A stretch of DNA of 64,000 bases from Candidatus Hydrogenedentota bacterium (GTDB lineage Bacteria > Hydrogenedentota > Hydrogenedentia > Hydrogenedentales > JAEUWI01), in the NCBI GenBank assembly GCA_034669905.1, contig JAXMOL010000022.1, forward strand, positions 1 to 64,000. The letters run 5' to 3'. Below the pieces are notes generated by a model. It was not told where the DNA came from and ran no database searches. It saw only the letters and a list, made by a program, of their open reading frames with translations. Positions 18,792 through 27,848 of the stretch are shown one piece after another; within the stretch, counting starts at the first letter, position 1, and every line of letters begins with the position of its first letter. The position numbers and the translations under genes are program-made.

Positions 18792-19670
18792 ATGGCCACA
18801 TTCGCCATCGTGGGTGCCACCGGTCTCATCGGTGAACCCATCGCAAAGGCAATACTCCGCCTCGGTCACACCGCTCGGGTCATCACCCGAGGGCGAACCC
18901 CGAGCAACGCGACCACCCTGGATCAACTACAACAAAGCGGTGCCGAGATTCATTGCGGTGCACCCGACGACATCCCGTGGATGACCAAGACGCTCACCGG
19001 CTGTGATGCGGTCATCTGCGCGATGGGCGAAGGGGCCATCTATGGCCAGGTGGAATATGCCATTCTCGAGGCCGCCCTCGCGGCCGGCGTGAAGCGCTTC
19101 GTGCCCAACGAGTTCGGGCTCGACACCCTCCGCCTCCCCATGGGCACGGGGGCCCTCTTCGATGAAAAGAAGAAATTTCAGGCCCGTCTGCGCTCAAGTG
19201 GCATGCCCTTTACCGTTATCTTCAACGGGGGCATCTTCGATTTCATCCTGCCCAACCTGCGCTTCTACGAGGGCATCACCACCTTTGGAAACGACCTGGA
19301 TGTCCCCTACTACACCCATTCCCGGGAGGACATTGCCACCCTTACGGTCAAGGCGGCGCTCGACGTCCGCTGCATCAACCAGTTTGTGCACCTGACGGAA
19401 ACCCGCACCACGCAGCGAGCAGTCCTCGGCATGTTGGAGCACCTCTATCCTGAGAATGACTTCCCCAAAGCCCACATGTCCTACGAAGCGATTTGTGACG
19501 GCACCCATGAAGTAAAAAAGGCCATCTGGATAGACGGCCACGCGGGCGAATTGGATCCCCGCTGTCTGGAGGCTGGCGAGCTCTTTCCCGAGCACACCTT
19601 TGTAACGGTAGAGCAGGCGCTGCGTGATAAGGGCTTCTTTGGAGCTTCACGCGAACCCACCACGGGGTAA
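18792..19670 (+). CDS. NmrA/isoflavone-reductase-like NAD(P)-binding protein
   Basis: IVGATGLIG and AAGVKRFVPNEFG. Start ATG 18792 with AGGAG SD. Confidence 0.85.
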   Translation: MATFAIVGATGLIGEPIAKAILRLGHTARVITRGRTPSNATTLDQLQQSGAEIHCGAPDDIPWMTKTLTGCDAVICAMGEGAIYGQVEYAILEAALAAGVKRFVPNEFGLDTLRLPMGTGALFDEKKKFQARLRSSGMPFTVIFNGGIFDFILPNLRFYEGITTFGNDLDVPYYTHSREDIATLTVKAALDVRCINQFVHLTETRTTQRAVLGMLEHLYPENDFPKAHMSYEAICDGTHEVKKAIWIDGHAGELDPRCLEAGELFPEHTFVTVEQALRDKGFFGASREPTTG

Positions 19671-19874
19671 CCAATATCCCGCTATCTCAGACAAGCGGGG
19701 CTACGTGGAGAAATGCGCCGCGTACGACTGCCCGACTGTCCCAGACCATGGCTCCGGTAGTACCCGCTACACGGTTTGCGCCATTGGGATCAGCATTGTA
19801 TGCTCTAGGAGTTCGAACGCCTGTGAATTGTCACCCGTTTCTGACCACGAACCAATGAATTATGGAGGGCCCCC

Positions 19875-20519
19875 ATGAATCCCGAAGTAGATACGTTCCT
19901 GAAAAGGGCGAAAAAGTGGCACGAGGAAATGGGCACATTGAGAAACATCCTCCTCAATACGCCCCTCACCGAAGAGATAAAATGGCGCATGCCCTGCTAC
20001 ACCCTTGATCAGAAGAACGTCGTCATGATTGCCGGATTCAAGGACTACTGCGCCCTCAGCTTTTTCAAGGGCGCCTTGCTGAAAGACCCGAAGGGCATCC
20101 TGCGTAAGCCCGGCGAAAACACCCAATCCGGCCGACTGATTCGCTTTACCAGCGTGCAGGAAATCAATGAACTGGAACCGGTCTTAGAAGCCTACCTCGC
20201 GGAAGCCATCGCCGTTGAAAAAGCCGGCCTGAAGGTCGACACCTCAAAGGATACGGAGCGCGACTATCCCGAAGAACTCCAGAACATGCTGGACGCAAAC
20301 CCTGCGCTGAATACCGCCTTCGAGGGACTAACCCCCGGACGGAAACGGGCCTATGTCATGCACATCGCTGCGGCCAAACAGTCCAAGACCCGGGTCGCGC
20401 GCATTGAAAAATACGTACCCCGCATTCTGGACGGCAAAGGAATGCACGATTGCACCTGTGGTCTTTCCAAGCGCATGCCCAACTGCGATGGCTCACACAA
20501 GCAATTGCAGCAGCAATAG
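19875..20519 (+). CDS. YdeI/OmpD-associated family protein (DUF1801) with C-terminal CDGSH motif
   Basis: EEIKWRMPCY, LSFFKGALLKDP, AFEGLTPGRKRAY, AKQSKTR and terminal CTCGLSKRMPNCDGSH. Confidence 0.85.
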   Translation: MNPEVDTFLKRAKKWHEEMGTLRNILLNTPLTEEIKWRMPCYTLDQKNVVMIAGFKDYCALSFFKGALLKDPKGILRKPGENTQSGRLIRFTSVQEINELEPVLEAYLAEAIAVEKAGLKVDTSKDTERDYPEELQNMLDANPALNTAFEGLTPGRKRAYVMHIAAAKQSKTRVARIEKYVPRILDGKGMHDCTCGLSKRMPNCDGSHKQLQQQ

Positions 20520-20546
20520 CACCCCAGACGACACGGCGAAGGCGCC

Positions 20547-22721
20547 TCACTCGTCCTGTCGAGCAATTAGTGCCGTAATCACCTTGTCCACCGCGCCAAA
20601 GGCTTTCTTTCCCCCCACATTGGTAGCCCCAAAGTAGGCCAGGTTCTTCTCGGGCGCAATCCACACCGTCGCAAACCACATCGTGTTACTCCCGCTGTGG
20701 GAAAGGGCCCGCCCACCAGCCCATCCCCGCTCTAAGACCATCCAGCCCATCGCGTAGTCGCCCCCTTCCGGCGGGGTATGCAGCGTGGCGAAGGTCTCCG
20801 CCGACACGATCCCATCCTCACCCCGCGCGCCCGCCAGATGAGCCGCTACGAACTTGGCGTAATCGTCCAAGGTAGCGTGCACCGTGCCCGCCGGCCCCAA
20901 GACCAGGGCGTTGTCCGCCTCGCGGGTATCCGGGGCCACGGGGCGCCAGCCAAAGAGTGCCTTGCGATGTCCCCAGGGCGCGCCCGGTTTAGATGGCGCA
21001 CCAAAGCTGGAGTTAACCATGCCCAGGGGTTCAAAGAGCTTCTCCTCCATCAGTTCTTCCCACCGCTTTCCTGTCACCACCTCCATCATGGCCCCCGCCA
21101 CCACATACCCGGCGTTGCTGTAGGCATAGGTACCCGGTTTGATCGGCGACGTAGCTAGAATTTCGGCAGCGCACGCGATGCGATCTTCCGGTGCGGTATA
21201 CCAGCTTAAGTTGGCCAGCAGGCCGCTCCGGTGCTGCAGGAGCATGGTCAGCGTAACGTCGCGGTGTGCCGTATTCATGTCGGGGGCCACCTCACCAAGG
21301 ATGTCACCCACCGTGGAATCCCATGTCAGGAGCCCCTCTTCCACCAACACCCCCGCAACCGTTGCCGTCATCGCTTTGGTGTTCGAACCCAGGTGCCAGG
21401 GCGCATCCGCCGCAACGGGGATGTCGCTCTTTCTCGATCGGGTGCCCACCGTCCCCCGGTCCACCACGTCAACCCCTCGCAACGTAAAGGCGGTCATCGC
21501 GGGAAAGCCATAGTCCAACCGGATTCGCTCCAGCCCTTCACTAAAATCGCGCACCTCGGCATTCAGGTCGTTCATAGATGATTCCGTCTTCTCTTCCGGG
21601 AGATGTTCATCCCGTGCTCTCGCCTTCGCCGCATCACGAATAGCCTTTCGGTTCGCCCGGGTCATAGGAACATCTTCCAACCGCATCGTCTCCGTCCGCT
21701 CCGTTGGTTGGAGCTCCAAATCAACGGTGATGTCTGGCGCATGGCCCATGCGGCTAAGCAATTCGACGAGATCTTCTTCGAACCGTTTCCGCCACAAGGT
21801 ACCATAGGTTCGCTGGCTGAAGGCAACGATCTCATCGGCGGGTATGCCATTCAGGGACATGAGCACAAACCACTCCCCGTTGACCTCCACCTCGGGCTCG
21901 GTATCTGCCCAGCGCACAGCAGTAAAGGGAGATTCCTTTGGGTAACCCTCTTCGAGACTACGCGCCACCAGGATACCACCGACACCAAGTGCCAGCAGCA
22001 CAACGAATACCACGCCCGCGATCAACATACGCCGTGGCGATGGCGTGCAACAGGACCCCGCACCGAATTCACCCCCCATTATCAAGGGGTATTCATCGCG
22101 CGATTCCTCGATCTTTTCATCGCGTAGGCTCGCAAGCAGTGCGAGCAACTCCTGGCGCCTGGGCTCCAGTTCCCGGCGCACGACACGCCGTCCCTTGTAA
22201 TAGGTAAACCCATAAATGACCAGAATCGTCGCGCCGCCCACAGCCGACAACAACAGTGCCCCCTCCCACTCCTCCCGTCGCTGCCACGAGACATGAAGAA
22301 AAAACGCCATCATGGCCAGGGCGCTGGGGAGTTGAATCCACCAGAACGCGTCGCGGCGGGACCAGATCTGATGCTCCACCAACACGAGCGAATCCACCAC
22401 GCCGTTGACGAGCGACGCATCCGGGTCGCATGGCCTTTTCTTGAGACGGGCACGAAGCCCCAGCTTCAGTCCCGCCCCCCAAACAATGGCAGGAACCATG
22501 AGATACCAGGTCCACGGTGACGCCGTTGTCACCCCCAGATAAATCCAAACGGGCAGCAACAGCGCCCATATCGCCAATTCGCCAAAGTCGCTCCAGGAAA
22601 CGGCTGTCCGCAATTCCCGCTCGTTGCGCGCCACCGCATCCCGAAGCGAGTTCGCATCGATGGAGACGCGGGTCTTAGCCGACGCCGCCTGCCACGCTTT
22701 CTGGTAGTCGTCAGGACTCAT
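20547..22721 (-). CDS. Multi-TM membrane protein fused to a serine hydrolase (beta-lactamase/PBP-like) domain; putative anti-sigma sensor
   Basis: About 5 N-terminal TM segments. C-terminal domain has SxxK (GSNTK), YSN, LLQHRSG and HSGS. Start overlaps the sigma factor gene. Confidence 0.8.
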   Translation of the reverse strand: MSPDDYQKAWQAASAKTRVSIDANSLRDAVARNERELRTAVSWSDFGELAIWALLLPVWIYLGVTTASPWTWYLMVPAIVWGAGLKLGLRARLKKRPCDPDASLVNGVVDSLVLVEHQIWSRRDAFWWIQLPSALAMMAFFLHVSWQRREEWEGALLLSAVGGATILVIYGFTYYKGRRVVRRELEPRRQELLALLASLRDEKIEESRDEYPLIMGGEFGAGSCCTPSPRRMLIAGVVFVVLLALGVGGILVARSLEEGYPKESPFTAVRWADTEPEVEVNGEWFVLMSLNGIPADEIVAFSQRTYGTLWRKRFEEDLVELLSRMGHAPDITVDLELQPTERTETMRLEDVPMTRANRKAIRDAAKARARDEHLPEEKTESSMNDLNAEVRDFSEGLERIRLDYGFPAMTAFTLRGVDVVDRGTVGTRSRKSDIPVAADAPWHLGSNTKAMTATVAGVLVEEGLLTWDSTVGDILGEVAPDMNTAHRDVTLTMLLQHRSGLLANLSWYTAPEDRIACAAEILATSPIKPGTYAYSNAGYVVAGAMMEVVTGKRWEELMEEKLFEPLGMVNSSFGAPSKPGAPWGHRKALFGWRPVAPDTREADNALVLGPAGTVHATLDDYAKFVAAHLAGARGEDGIVSAETFATLHTPPEGGDYAMGWMVLERGWAGGRALSHSGSNTMWFATVWIAPEKNLAYFGATNVGGKKAFGAVDKVITALIARQDE

Positions 22722-23235
22722 GGGACTTTCCTTTCATCAATTCGCCGAGCTTTTTCTTCGCGCGATTGAGCTTGACCCCCACGTTGCTCTCCGAGATGCC
22801 CAACACGTCGGCCATCTCCCGATAGCTCAGCTCGTCCAGGTAGAGCAACACCAGCGCCGCGTCGGCCTTGGGCAACTGGTGAATCGCGTCATAGAGTCGT
22901 TCTACCGTTTCGCGCTGCTGAGCGAGCGCGGCCCCGTCTTCGCCCTCTACGGCAAGGAATTGCAGGTCCAGCAAGGGTTGCTGACGCGAGCGTCGGGGCC
23001 TGTCTTTGCGCTGCCAATTCATCGCCGTTTGCAGGGCCACCCGATAAAACCACGTCGCTGCGCTGGCACGATGCTCGAACTTCGGCAGAGAACGCCACGC
23101 CTGGAGAAGTATTTCCTGCGCAAGATCCTGGCACTCTTCGTGGGTAAGGGTGTAGGCCCGCGCCACCTTCACGACCGACGCCCCGTGGGCATCGAGCCAT
23201 GTCATGAATACCTTTTTCTGCACATCATCCAGCAC
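22711..23235 (-). CDS. ECF-type RNA polymerase sigma factor
   Basis: DLAQEILLQAWRSL and TWFYRVA (region 2), LSYREMADVLGISESNVGVKLNRAK (region 4). GTG start 23235 with GAGGG SD. Confidence 0.9.
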   Translation of the reverse strand: MLDDVQKKVFMTWLDAHGASVVKVARAYTLTHEECQDLAQEILLQAWRSLPKFEHRASAATWFYRVALQTAMNWQRKDRPRRSRQQPLLDLQFLAVEGEDGAALAQQRETVERLYDAIHQLPKADAALVLLYLDELSYREMADVLGISESNVGVKLNRAKKKLGELMKGKSHES

Positions 23236-23419
23236 GGGAATTCCCTCTTTTATAATGATTGGTAACGCGGAATTACGTTTTCTTACAAAAGAATGGACCC
23301 AACCTGCAATTCCAGGGGAACAGACCCAATGGCCGTGTGACGCGTGCCCGAAATCCCGCGTCGCAACGCAATCGCCCCTGGCACAGGACCAACGCACTCC
23401 ACTCCGGATGCCCCTGAAC

Positions 23420-23448
23420 TTGAAAAGAACGGCCTCTCCGGGTACCGT
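23420..23448 (+). promoter_or_regulatory. Sigma70-like promoter for the small ORF at 23491
   Basis: TTGAAA-N17-TACCGT. Confidence 0.45.
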
Positions 23449-23490
23449 TTAATCAGTATTTAACCGCAACGCAGAGCAAAGGAAGCAACT

Positions 23491-23625
23491 ATGCACTTGA
23501 AGCGCATCTCGCTGGAGGCGCGCCCCGCCTTGGCCCAGGAAGACCAAAGTCTGGCGAAAACGATAGCCGAGGTCAAAGTCAATACCAGCGCACCACCCTA
23601 TTCCGGACCATTGCCCAAAGGATAA
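23491..23625 (+). CDS. Small 44-aa protein of unknown function
   Basis: AAAGGA SD, MHLKRISLEARPALAQEDQSLAKTIAEVKVNTSAPPYSGPLPKG-stop, directly followed by a terminator. Confidence 0.6.
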   Translation: MHLKRISLEARPALAQEDQSLAKTIAEVKVNTSAPPYSGPLPKG

Positions 23626-23632
23626 TCAATCC

Positions 23633-23660
23633 TGCCCGACCCAAAGGTCGGGCATTTTTT
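23633..23660 (+). terminator. Intrinsic terminator
   Basis: TGCCCGACC-CAAA-GGTCGGGCA-TTTTTT. Confidence 0.8.
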
Positions 23661-23997
23661 ATGCAAGCCCGCGTGATTCCAGCCCCAATACCCCGTTTAC
23701 GCCCGCCACAAACGCCTGCCACGATTCCCGTTGCGCTTCGAGTGACTTGGCCCCCTCCGCTGTTATCCGATAAAACTTTCGGCGCCGTCCCGTCTCTTTG
23801 GCCTCCCAGAAAGACTCCAGTAGCCCCCGTCGCTCCATGCGATGAAGGGCCGGGTACAGGCTCCCCTCCTTTAGCGCGAAATACCCCCCGGAGCGCCGCT
23901 GGGCCTCTTGCGTGATGGCATAGCCATAGGTGTCCCCCTCGATGGCTATTTGAAGAATCAGCATTTCGACACTGCCAGATAAGAATCGGGAATCCAT
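23659..23997 (-). CDS. PadR-family transcriptional regulator
   Basis: YGYAI, KEGSLYPALHRME and RRRKFYRIT. Confidence 0.92.
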   Translation of the reverse strand: MDSRFLSGSVEMLILQIAIEGDTYGYAITQEAQRRSGGYFALKEGSLYPALHRMERRGLLESFWEAKETGRRRKFYRITAEGAKSLEAQRESWQAFVAGVNGVLGLESRGLA

Positions 23998-24043
23998 GAG
24001 GTTTTACGCGCTCCGTTGATATGTGCATAGTAGACCTAGGTAT

Positions 24044-24072
24044 ACGATAGGGCCTGCCCGCCAGGATGTCAA
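24044..24072 (-). promoter_or_regulatory. Sigma70 promoter of padR
   Basis: TTGACA-N17-TATCGT on the minus strand, with the palindrome ACCTAGGT just downstream (possible operator). Confidence 0.55.
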
Positions 24073-24166
24073 GCAGGCAGCATGCAATCCCTCCGTGAAA
24101 TCGGTTAAACTACGCGCCAATCGCAGGAAGAAAAGGGTAAAAAGTTGCCCATAAACCGGAGCAGGT

Positions 24167-25021
24167 ATGGAGCCGATTTTTAACCGTGTCGTCATTGTCG
24201 GCGCGGGCTTGTTAGGTGCGTCGCTTGGGCTGGCGCTGCAAAAACAGGGCGCTGTCAACGAGCTTATCGGCGTGGGCCGTCGTCAATCGAGTATCGATGC
24301 GGCCGTCGCCCGGGGTGCCATCCACAAAGGCTCCCTCGATCTGGCTTCCGCAGTGGCCAAAGCCGACCTCATCGTCGTCGCCACCCCCGCCTCCACGGTA
24401 CTTTCCACCCTTGACCAGGTCCAGGATGTGGCCCCCGACAATGCAATCGTGATTGACGTGGCCAGCACCAAGGCAGCCATCTGCGCCCACGCGGCAACGC
24501 GTTGGGCCACCCCCCGCCGTTTCATCGGCTGCCACCCCATGGCGGGTTCCGAAAAGTCCGGACCCGAACATGCGACCGCCGCCCTCTATGAAGGAAGCGT
24601 CTGTCTAATGGAGAAGTCCCCTGACCTGGACCCGGCGGCGCTCGCACGCGTGCAGGCACTCTGGGAGCGGGTCGGTGCCCGCGTCGTTTCCGTCGATTCG
24701 GAACTCCACGACGCCCTCCTCGCGCGCACCAGCCACGTCCCCCACATCCTGGCCAGTATCATGGCCTTAAGTGCCGCTGAGAAGGGGGCCACCCGCGACT
24801 TCATCGGTAACGGCTTCCGGGACATGACCCGCGTCGCAGCAGGTAGCTCTGAGATGTGGCGTGACATCGCCCTGACCAACCGGGAAGCCATCGCCGACGG
24901 ACTTAACGACATTAAACAACACCTGGATGCATTTCTGGAGGCCCTGGCATCCGAGGATGACGTGGCCCTCACTGCCCTCTTTGAAGCGGGCAAGACCGCC
25001 CGCCATACGGTGCTTTCATGA
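24167..25021 (+). CDS. tyrA: Prephenate/arogenate dehydrogenase
   Basis: GAGLLGAS, DVASTK, HPMAGSE, SHVPH and GFRDMTRVA. Confidence 0.9.
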   Translation: MEPIFNRVVIVGAGLLGASLGLALQKQGAVNELIGVGRRQSSIDAAVARGAIHKGSLDLASAVAKADLIVVATPASTVLSTLDQVQDVAPDNAIVIDVASTKAAICAHAATRWATPRRFIGCHPMAGSEKSGPEHATAALYEGSVCLMEKSPDLDPAALARVQALWERVGARVVSVDSELHDALLARTSHVPHILASIMALSAAEKGATRDFIGNGFRDMTRVAAGSSEMWRDIALTNREAIADGLNDIKQHLDAFLEALASEDDVALTALFEAGKTARHTVLS

Positions 25022-25656
25022 CCAAGGGCCTTTTCATTACCTTCGAAGGCGTTGAAGGCTGTGGCAAGTCGACCCAGCTCGGTCGTCTTCAGGCCTGGCT
25101 CGAAGATCAGGGCCACACCGTCGTCGTCACCCGGGAACCCGGCGGCACCCCCATTGCCGAAGCCATACGGGAGATTCTCCTCGACCCGGCCAATACCGCC
25201 ATGGGGCCCGAGGCCGAGTTACTCCTTTACGAAGCAGCCCGTGCCCAACACATTCATGAAAAAATCGGCCCTGCGTTGGCCCGGGGACACATCGTATTGT
25301 GCGATCGCTTCGCCGATTCTACCACCGCCTACCAGGGTGCCGGTCGCGGCTTCGCGCCAGAACTACTCCATGAGCTTCATACCATGGCCACCGGAGGCGT
25401 CTGGCCCGATCTGACCCTGCTCATCGATCTCGACGTACGCATCGGCCTGGAACGGGCCCGCAATCGGGGGCGGAAAGACCGGCTCGAGCGTGAAGCTATC
25501 GACTTTCACCAACGCGTTCGCGAGGGCTTTCTCGCCCTGGCCCAATCCGCACCGGAACGCATCGCCATTGTGGACGGGAATGCCCCCGAAGCGGTCGTTG
25601 CCCAGGCGGTACAGGCCCAGGTGGCATCCTGCCTTGCCCAAAGGAGTCCGCAATGA
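25018..25656 (+). CDS. tmk: Thymidylate kinase
   Basis: FITFEGVEGCGKST, TREPGG and DRFADSTTAYQG. Confidence 0.95.
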   Translation: MTKGLFITFEGVEGCGKSTQLGRLQAWLEDQGHTVVVTREPGGTPIAEAIREILLDPANTAMGPEAELLLYEAARAQHIHEKIGPALARGHIVLCDRFADSTTAYQGAGRGFAPELLHELHTMATGGVWPDLTLLIDLDVRIGLERARNRGRKDRLEREAIDFHQRVREGFLALAQSAPERIAIVDGNAPEAVVAQAVQAQVASCLAQRSPQ

Positions 25657-26738
25657 GTCTGAAAGATCTGCGAGACCAGGAAGTTCCCCTCCGTCTCCTG
25701 ACCAATATCCTGCGCCAGAACCGCGTCCCCAATGGACTCCTCTTCTGGGGCCCCGAGGGCGTGGGCAAACGTTTTGCCGCCATGCAACTCGCCAAAGCCA
25801 TCAATTGTAAAGAAGGCGATGGGGACGCCTGTGAGCAATGCCTCTCTTGCCGGAAAATCACATCGGGCAACCATCCCGACGTCAAGGTCATTACCCCTTC
25901 CGGAAAGGTCCGCAACATCGGCGTGGATGCCATCGATTTTATCAACGAGCTGGCCGCCTATCGCCCCTTTCAGGGACAGTGGCGGGTCGTTCTCATTGAA
26001 GATGCCGAGCGTATGCGGGCCGATGCCCAGAATCATTTCCTGAAAACCCTGGAAGAGCCCCCCAGCCAGACGGCCTTTGTGCTGCAGACGGCTTTTCCAC
26101 AGCATCTCCTGCCCACCATTCGCTCCCGGTGCCAGCCGGTGCGCTTCGGCACCCTCCACCCCGCGACGGTCGCCGAGTTCATCCAACGGGAGCATGATCT
26201 GGACGATGCGGCCGCCCACGCCCTGGCGTTGGTCGCCCAGGGGCAGGTCTCACGCGCCCTCGATCTCGTAACCACGAACAAGCGCGAGGCGGTCCTCGAT
26301 ATGGCCAAACGCCTCCACGCCGGGGAAGACCCCCTCCTGCTCAGCGAAGTGTTTGTCGCCCATTTGAAAGAGCGGAGTGAAAACCTCAAAGCCACCCTGA
26401 AAGGGGAATTGGAAGAGAGTGCCCCGGATGATGGGACCCGGGAAGACATGGAAGATCTGAAAAAAGAACAGGCCGCCTTCATTGAAGGCCAGGTCCGCCG
26501 GGATTACCTGGAGTACCTTTACCTGTTCGAAACGTGGTATCGTGATGTGTGGGTTTTTCACACCACCCGCGACGAAGGCCGACTGCTCAACCGCGACCAG
26601 GTTGCCGTATTAGAGCAGACGTCCTCCGCCGACCAACCTGGCCACATTGCCGCCATTGAGCAGGCATGGGTCTATATTGAGCGAAATTTGAGTATTGATC
26701 GGGTCTTTCGGGACTTGTTCTTCGCCCTGTCCGCCTGA
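25653..26738 (+). CDS. holB: DNA polymerase III delta' subunit
   Basis: GPEGVGK, Zn cysteines, HPD, LKTLEEPP and LLPTIRSRC; follows tmk. Confidence 0.92.
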   Translation: MSLKDLRDQEVPLRLLTNILRQNRVPNGLLFWGPEGVGKRFAAMQLAKAINCKEGDGDACEQCLSCRKITSGNHPDVKVITPSGKVRNIGVDAIDFINELAAYRPFQGQWRVVLIEDAERMRADAQNHFLKTLEEPPSQTAFVLQTAFPQHLLPTIRSRCQPVRFGTLHPATVAEFIQREHDLDDAAAHALALVAQGQVSRALDLVTTNKREAVLDMAKRLHAGEDPLLLSEVFVAHLKERSENLKATLKGELEESAPDDGTREDMEDLKKEQAAFIEGQVRRDYLEYLYLFETWYRDVWVFHTTRDEGRLLNRDQVAVLEQTSSADQPGHIAAIEQAWVYIERNLSIDRVFRDLFFALSA

Positions 26739-26822
26739 TGCGTTGTTCATCAGCACCGCGAAGCCCAGTTTCCGGCCCGTCTTGCCGATGCCGCACAAGG
26801 CGTTTCGGCCCCTTAGGAGAGC

Positions 26823-27848
26823 GTGTTACCAATGAATGTTGTTAAGATCCGCCTGCGTAAACCACGCCGGGTGTTTTCGTTTTTGTGTACCGAACTGCCA
26901 CTGAAACGCGATGAGTCCTGTATCGTGCTCAGCGATCGTGGTGAAGAGTTCGGTACCTGTATCCTCCCTCCCGAGCCCTGCCCGGACGAAATGCAAAAGC
27001 GTTTCTCCATGAAAGTACTCCGCAAGGTAACGGAGAAGGACCAGAAAAATTGCGCCTACATCGAGGAGGAAGAAACGCGGGCACGATCCATCTGCCTCAA
27101 GAAAATTAAAGACCGCAAGCTCCCCATGAAGCTCGTCGATGTTGAGGTCACCTTCGACAAACGAAAAATCATTTTCTACTTTACCGCCGATGACCGCGTC
27201 GATTTCCGGGAGTTGGTCCGCGATCTGGCCCACGACCTCCGTGCCCGCATTGAAATGCGTCATATTCAGGTACGTGATGAAGCCAAAATGGTCGGTGGCC
27301 TGGGCGGCTGCGGACGGGAATTGTGCTGCAGCAGTTGGATGAACGAGTTCCGTCCCATCTCGATGCGCATGGCCAAGGCCCAGAATCTTTCGCTTAACCC
27401 GTCAAAGATCAGCGGTCAGTGTGGTCGCCTCCTGTGCTGCCTCAGCTACGAAAACGATCAGTACGAGGCCATGCGCAAGAAAGCCCGGCAGGAAGCCAAG
27501 GCGCGTCAGGCCAAGGAGCCAGCCAAAATCGCGGCCGAAGCGCCGGCCGAAAAAGCACCCCGGAGCGCGCAACCTGAGAAATCGCGCAAGAGCGAGGGCC
27601 GCCCCACACCTAAATCTGACGTGGCCCCCAGTCGCGGTGCCCGTGGCCGTCGTAAAGACTCCGAGCTCAAGTCCGGAAGCCCCGAGGCAACCACGGAGGC
27701 CGCCCCGAAGGGTCTCTCTCCCGAGGGACAACCTGATAAACAGCCGGTCGATGGTGAAGAGAAGAAAACCGCGCGACGACGCCCCCGCCGCAACCGCAAG
27801 CGGAAGCGCGGCCCCCGCACCGACAACAGTTCAGGTAGTCAGAGCTGA
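26823..27848 (+). CDS. ricT: PSP1/RicT (YaaT) family protein with basic low-complexity tail
   Basis: RVDFRELV, GCGRELCC, QNLSLNPSKISGQCGRLLCCL; conserved tmk-holB-yaaT synteny. Confidence 0.88.
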   Translation: MLPMNVVKIRLRKPRRVFSFLCTELPLKRDESCIVLSDRGEEFGTCILPPEPCPDEMQKRFSMKVLRKVTEKDQKNCAYIEEEETRARSICLKKIKDRKLPMKLVDVEVTFDKRKIIFYFTADDRVDFRELVRDLAHDLRARIEMRHIQVRDEAKMVGGLGGCGRELCCSSWMNEFRPISMRMAKAQNLSLNPSKISGQCGRLLCCLSYENDQYEAMRKKARQEAKARQAKEPAKIAAEAPAEKAPRSAQPEKSRKSEGRPTPKSDVAPSRGARGRRKDSELKSGSPEATTEAAPKGLSPEGQPDKQPVDGEEKKTARRRPRRNRKRKRGPRTDNSSGSQS

